A stretch of 64,000 bases of DNA from positions 1-64,000 of the forward strand of contig CBFFRQ010000043.1 in assembly GCA_965644315.1 (NCBI GenBank), in the 5' to 3' direction. A model generated the notes under the pieces. It saw nothing but the letters and a program-made list of their open reading frames with translations, did not search any database and was not told the origin of the DNA. Below are positions 58,833 through 64,000 of this stretch, piece by piece; position 1 is the first letter of the stretch; every line of letters begins with the position of its first letter. A program made the translations under genes and the position numbers. Origin of the DNA: Caecitellus pseudoparvulus. Lineage: Eukaryota > Protista > Bigyra: Bicosoecida.

Positions 58833-61214
58833 ATGCGTCGACGCACGACCAAGGCGCCCGGCAGGGCACGTGGGTCATTGGACAGTCCAGACGGAGATGA
58901 ATCCGATTCATCTGTGTCCGTATCGCCGTGGGAAGCAGGTGAAAGTGCCATGGATGCGTCTGACAGCGGCAGCGACGAGGAGACGGCGCCTGCGCCGCCT
59001 GCTGCGACAATTTCCGCGTCACGCCATTCGGAGCCAGCTCAGGCCGTGGAAGTGCAAGGGCGCAGCGCTCTGATGCATAGTGGTGTGGATACATGTGGGC
59101 GTTGGCTGCACGCGTGTCTGTGGACCAGCCAGTGTGCGCTGGTCAGCTTCGGCGTCCCTGCGCTGGCCCTCGGCAGCGTGGCGCTGGCTGTGGCTTGTCT
59201 GGCTGGGGACTCTGGCGTGCTGCCGCCCCCCGCCGACCTTCTCGGCAGCCTGGGCGCATCCCAGCCTCAATTCCCACCCACCACAATGGAACCACCCCTC
59301 TGGAGTGCGGTGGAGGAGGGACAGGCGTGGGGGTGGCGGTGGGTGGCGTTCCCCGCCGCAGCTGCCTGGGCGCTGTGGGTGGCAGGCCTGGCAACGCACG
59401 CCCTGGTGGCTGGACACGACACCGCGTGGCAGGCCCAGTCTGCCAGCTACACGCAGCCCCTGCCCCTGCCGCCGCCTGGGTGGGTGAACCCGTGGCAGGG
59501 GCAGCTGGCCTCCGTGATGGGGGTGCCCACCCGCCTGCTGCCTCGCAAGGCCGCCGCCGCCGTCGCCACGTCTTCCACCACCACCACGCTGGCGTCTGCA
59601 GAGCAATTGTTCCGCCACCAGACCACAGGGCTGCAGGATCTGCCTGTGGACGTGGCACATCGCCTGTGGCGTCACTTGAGTCGGCTGTCCCAGGGACCCT
59701 GGCTTCGTCGCGGGCGCTCCCTGCGACAGGACCTCCTGACCTGCTCCGTGGACGAGGACACTGCCAACGCCCTGCGCTGGCGCGGCATGGCGTGCTTGGC
59801 CCTGGCCTGCCCCCTCCTCTTCCTCCTCCTCCTCACTGTCAAGCTCGAAGCTGCCACCTGGCACGGGCTGTCTCCTGCCGCCGCCGCAGCCCTGGGCCCC
59901 GCCGCCGCCGCCTCCACTGCAGGCTGGGTGGCACCTGGCGGGCAGCCCTGCTCCAGCATCGTTGGCGGCACCGCCCTGTGCCAGGTGCTGCAGTGGCTGG
60001 GTCCGTTGAACAGCGGCTCCACCCTGCTTCCCCGCGCCCTAACGCAGGGCGCAGAGCCAGCCTTGGCGGCCCTCGCGACTCCCGGCGGGCCCACCCTCCC
60101 CTGGCTACGGTGGCCCTTTGTGGCGCTGCCCCTCATTGTCGCCGTGGGCGTCCTGTGGCTGCTGGCTGTGGAGTCGGTGCTGCAGTGCTGGCGGGGGATG
60201 TCTCCGCGTGCCCCAGGGCTGGCTTCCGCAGGGGACGCGGGGGCTGTTCTGGCTGCCGACGGCGTGACGCAGGTATACTGCCCGGGCGAGGGCAGTGCTG
60301 TGCGCGCCGTGGTGCCAGGCAGCGGGGAAGGTGAGGGGAAGGCGGGGGGGGGTAGTGGCGAGGGCGCTGCACTGCAGCGGTGGGGTGTGGCGGGGCTCCT
60401 GGCGCTGGCTGCAGTGGGCGTCCCCGCGACGGCTGCCCTCGTACTGGGCGCCCTGTGGCTGGACATGCAGGAGGCAGGGCTGCTGGTGGAAGCGGGGCGT
60501 GTCCTGACCCGCACTCGCGCCGGGCGAGCCGACGTTGCATTCTCCCCAACTGCTGCCCAAGACATGCAGGTGCTGCCGCTGGCGCTGCCCATCCTGTGTG
60601 GCGTGTGGGCGTGTGTCGTGGCGGCTGCGGGCAGCCTGTGGCTGAGCGCCGCGCCCTGGGGCGACGTGTCTGAAGAGGCCATGGCAGAGCTGACCACTTT
60701 GACAGAGGGGCTGACGGACGCTCAAGTGGCCGCCGTTGGGAGGCGGCAAGCGGTCGCCCCAGCCCCTCCACGAGTGCCCGCCAAAGTGGACGCTGTGCCT
60801 GTGCAGGATGCTTGGGCATGGGATGTGGGGGTGCGGGGGGTGTACTTGGATGGTTGGCGGTGGAAGGTGTTGAAGCTGGGTCTGCCGCCGCCGCTGCTGG
60901 GTGCTGCAGTCACGCTGCTGCTGGTGTGGGGGAGGGCAGAAGGCGTGCTGATGGCGGATCGACAACAAGCTGCCGCGGACAGCACAGCTGGGGAGGGCGA
61001 AGTCACGACGGTGGGCGTGTGGTGGCAGGTGTTCCTGCCGCTGCTGCTGGGCTGCGCCATCGCCCTGATGGCCTGTGGCCTGTCGGCGTGGGATACGTGG
61101 GAGCTGAACGGCATGTTCAAGACTGGGCGGGGCGTGTGGCGCCACGTCGCAGGCGCCGACCGCCTGGCGACGGAGGCCGCCGTCGTGCCCAAGCGCCCCC
61201 CCTTCAAACACTGA
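58833..61214 (+). CDS. Multi-pass membrane protein with TMEM185-like W-x-W-x-x-V-x-x-P motifs
   Basis: Long ORF with ATG at 58833; WGWRWVAFP, LRWPFVALPL, VWWQVFLPL; several hydrophobic helices. Confidence 0.62.
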   Translation: MRRRTTKAPGRARGSLDSPDGDESDSSVSVSPWEAGESAMDASDSGSDEETAPAPPAATISASRHSEPAQAVEVQGRSALMHSGVDTCGRWLHACLWTSQCALVSFGVPALALGSVALAVACLAGDSGVLPPPADLLGSLGASQPQFPPTTMEPPLWSAVEEGQAWGWRWVAFPAAAAWALWVAGLATHALVAGHDTAWQAQSASYTQPLPLPPPGWVNPWQGQLASVMGVPTRLLPRKAAAAVATSSTTTTLASAEQLFRHQTTGLQDLPVDVAHRLWRHLSRLSQGPWLRRGRSLRQDLLTCSVDEDTANALRWRGMACLALACPLLFLLLLTVKLEAATWHGLSPAAAAALGPAAAASTAGWVAPGGQPCSSIVGGTALCQVLQWLGPLNSGSTLLPRALTQGAEPALAALATPGGPTLPWLRWPFVALPLIVAVGVLWLLAVESVLQCWRGMSPRAPGLASAGDAGAVLAADGVTQVYCPGEGSAVRAVVPGSGEGEGKAGGGSGEGAALQRWGVAGLLALAAVGVPATAALVLGALWLDMQEAGLLVEAGRVLTRTRAGRADVAFSPTAAQDMQVLPLALPILCGVWACVVAAAGSLWLSAAPWGDVSEEAMAELTTLTEGLTDAQVAAVGRRQAVAPAPPRVPAKVDAVPVQDAWAWDVGVRGVYLDGWRWKVLKLGLPPPLLGAAVTLLLVWGRAEGVLMADRQQAAADSTAGEGEVTTVGVWWQVFLPLLLGCAIALMACGLSAWDTWELNGMFKTGRGVWRHVAGADRLATEAAVVPKRPPFKH

Positions 61215-63141
61215 CCGGCTGCGACGGACGCCTGCCACGACTGGCCCTGCTGGCGCTGCGCAAGGGGTTCTCTGTCGTCAGTGACGGCGTGGTGCCCAGC
61301 GCAGTGAGTTCGAGCTCCCCGCGGTCCTCGTCCTGCTGGGGCTTGAAGGACATGAGGGAGGCGCGGCGGCGCTTGGGCTGGACGGGGGGCACGGGCGCCG
61401 ACAGCCTGCCCTCCCAGGCCTCCCTGGACACGTCCTTGCCTGCCGCCGCGAACGTGTCGGGGCGCACCAGCAGGGCCGCCACGCCGCCCACCACCAGCAC
61501 TGCCCAGCCCGCTGCCAAGAGAATGTAGGAGACACGCCGGCCGCCTGGCGTGTCTGCCAGCGCCGAGCCTGGCGCCTCCCCTGCCGTGCGGATGATGGCG
61601 CCCCACAGCCCCATGAGCGCCGACACTGCGCGCAGGGCGTTGAGGGCGGGCACGGAGCAGGGCAGGGTGACCAGGGTGGCGGCGGCGTAGGCGCCCAGGA
61701 CGACGCTCATGATGCCGTACTGCAGCACGGGCGTGGCTTCCAGGAGGACGAAGGCCACCACCATGCAGCCTTTGGCGACGCGTTCCCAGCCGAGGAAGAA
61801 CGGCAGCGTGCGCACCTCTGTCTTGCCGGTGTCGCCTCGGTAAATGGAGACAAAGACAGAGGTGCAGGAGTAAAAGACGAGGGCTTCGGCACACGCGACG
61901 TGCCGCGCGAGGTCTGTGGTTGTGAACAGCTGGGACATGAGGGACGACGTGACCGTCACGAAGAGGCTGCCAGAGAGGAACTGGAAGAGCACTGGGCCCA
62001 TGGGGTGGCCCGCGTCCCAGTCCAGTGCGATGTACAGCCCACAGCAGTACACGTACACCACCACCACCGCCATGGGCAGCCAGAACTGCGCATCGGGCGG
62101 CACGACGCGGTCCCCCAACACGACCAGGGTGCCCAGGCCGTCTGTGACGCCGCGGCCGCCTTGCAAGGCTCCTCGCAGGCCGGCAACCCACGGGGTCGTG
62201 CCGCTTACCACCAGCCCAGCGAACTGCAGCACTTCGAAAACGTACGTGCTCATGACGATCCAGTTGCGCCAGTCATGCCAGTCCACTGTGGGCGCCTGGG
62301 CGGCCTGCTTCGGCCCGGGCCCCGCGCCGGGCTGCACGGCAAGAGCAGTGTGGCCGCCCTGGCCTGTCTGGCGGCACAGGCTGGGCCGCTGCCACACGTA
62401 CTTCATCGTGGCCAGCTGCACGAGGAGGATGAGGGCCACCCACACGTACATGAGGGGCGGGTGGGACTGCACAGCTGGCAGGGTCGCCCCTGCGCCCAGC
62501 CACATGCCGGGGAAGGTGCACAGCAGCTGCGAGGGAAGGAAGTGAGTGCCTCGGGCTAGCAGGAGCGGGCCTGCGTGGCAGCTCGCACGCACCAGGAAGC
62601 ACCCCAGGCCTGCCGCCCACATGCGCCCTGTGACGTGTTGTTGCCTGTGGGCATGCGGGGGGGGCGTGCAGGTGCGCTCTGGCGCCTGCGGCATCTGCAG
62701 GGCTGGCCCGCCAGCGCGGCTGCCTGTGACGTCACGGTGGCACCACGCACCACTCCGCCGGGTCGATGGAGGTCTTTGTGAGCGTGGACGCGCTGAGCAA
62801 GGACAGAAGGAACGTGACGTATATCAACGCAAACAGCCACGCCGTAGTGAGCAGGATCTGTGCGGCACAAGCGCCACACTGTGGGGTACTGAGTGGGAGT
62901 AATTTCCGCATGCGGCAAGGGCGCGCACCAGTGCTTGCAGGGGCCACTGCCACCACTGCATGGGGGCCACCGGCTCCTCCTGCTTCTCTTCCAAGCCGCC
63001 CTCCAAGGAGGTCCTCTGACTTCCCAACGCCTGGGCACGGGCAGCTCGGGAGCGCGCCGCATCTTCAGCGTGCTTGCCGGACGAAGCGCCGCTTGTGCAG
63101 TTGTCGCCTGCGCCGGGAGCAGGCACGCCGAGGTCCCCCAT
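61204..63141 (-). CDS. Multi-pass membrane protein of unknown function (intron-containing 5' part; start uncertain)
   Basis: Many TM segments in ORF 61204-62694. An upstream hydrophobic exon (ILLTTAWLFALIYVTFLLSLL) is flanked by GTGCG..CAG splice signals. Confidence 0.55.
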
Positions 63142-63421
63142 GGAAATGCAAAGCGATTGTCATGGCTTTCATTGCATGCTGTGGTTCTGCCTGGCGTTGG
63201 AATTTACAAGAACCCGACGCTCGGCGGGGAAGCAGGCCGTGGAAAACTTGCACGCACGTCGGGGGGTCGCCTGCAGCTCTGGCGGGGCCTGCACACCGCC
63301 TGAACACTTTCGTCAACCCGAACACGACTCAGCAGCACCCCGTTCTGCTTCCCGCATGCCAGACTTTGACGTGCACTGTGCGCTTGCTACCGTTGAGGAG
63401 AGGTAACGCCAGCGAAACGCC

Positions 63422-64000
63422 ATGGCAGCCACCACAGACAAGCCCGACGCCGCTGACTCCCATGTGGACGTCAGCCTGATGAAGCTGCCCAATGTGCACG
63501 CTGTAGACAAGGAGGTGCCCACAGGGGAGGAGGGCGAGACGGAGATCTACAGCCAGTGCGTGCCGAAACCGCGTCAGCAGCGCGCAGTTGCTCCACCCGT
63601 TCGGCGTCAGCACACTCGCACCCCTACCACCTCGCCGCAGCCGCGCCAAGCTGTACCGCATGCACGAGGGCGAGTGGAAGGAGCGCTGCACGGGGAACCT
63701 GCGCCTGCTGAAGGACAACACGACTGGCCGAGTGCGCATGGTCATGCGTGAAGGCGGCATGGAAAGCTTGCTGCGTGCCAACCACCTCGTGCCCCCTGAT
63801 GCCAAGCTGGTGCGTGGCTGTGCAGTGCTTGTGCCAGCTCTGGCATGCTGTGCCAGTGCATTGCATGCTTCTGTGCTTCGTTGGTGGCGGCCAGCGCTGC
63901 GGGAGCACCGCTGGGCATGTTTTCCCCATCGCTCCCTGCGCAGGAGTTCCCGGTGGGCGTTGAAAACATGGTGTACTACACCGCCGTGGACAACTCCGAC
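63422..64000 (+). CDS. RANBP1: Ran-binding protein 1 family (RanBD), partial, runs off the window
   Basis: TGEEGETEIYSHRAKLYRM..EWKERCTGNLRLLK...VRMVMRE...LRANH; introns 63556-63640 and 63810-63943. Confidence 0.85.

Overview
Left end of a chromosome from a GC-rich, compact eukaryote with short GT(GCGT)-AG introns. A stramenopile-type protist is plausible but is inference only. From the tip inward: 197 perfect TAACCC telomere repeats (1-1182), then a ~15.8 kb head-to-tail array of two related telomeric non-LTR retroelements (1183-16951), all with the 5' end toward the telomere and no poly(A) tail or TSD. Family B is autonomous-type, with one ORF carrying a putative Josephin/papain-like Cys protease, APE endonuclease, RT and a CCHC knuckle; there is one long 5'-truncated copy and two 3' fragments. 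Family A is a 2928-bp non-autonomous but protein-coding partner (two full copies, one truncated). Its ORF is a diverged homologue of B's N-terminal protease region and stops just before the endonuclease would begin. A and B share a ~210-nt 3' RNA structure with compensatory changes, and five of the six copies end in CTAAC, which is complementary to the telomeric G-strand end. The innermost copy is joined directly to a broken RCC1-repeat gene, which suggests retrotransposon healing of a chromosome break. This HeT-A/TART-like two-component system, coexisting with canonical telomere repeats, is the main finding. Proximal to it are apparently intronless subtelomeric repeat-protein genes (RCC1, ankyrin, and a ~8000-aa RCC1/20xC-type-lectin/FG-GAP/mucin/multi-TM surface protein), followed by tightly packed, mostly intron-containing genes (F-box-TM protein, eIF4E, sestrin, histidine phosphatase, CPSF2, MICU-like, membrane proteins, RanBP1).
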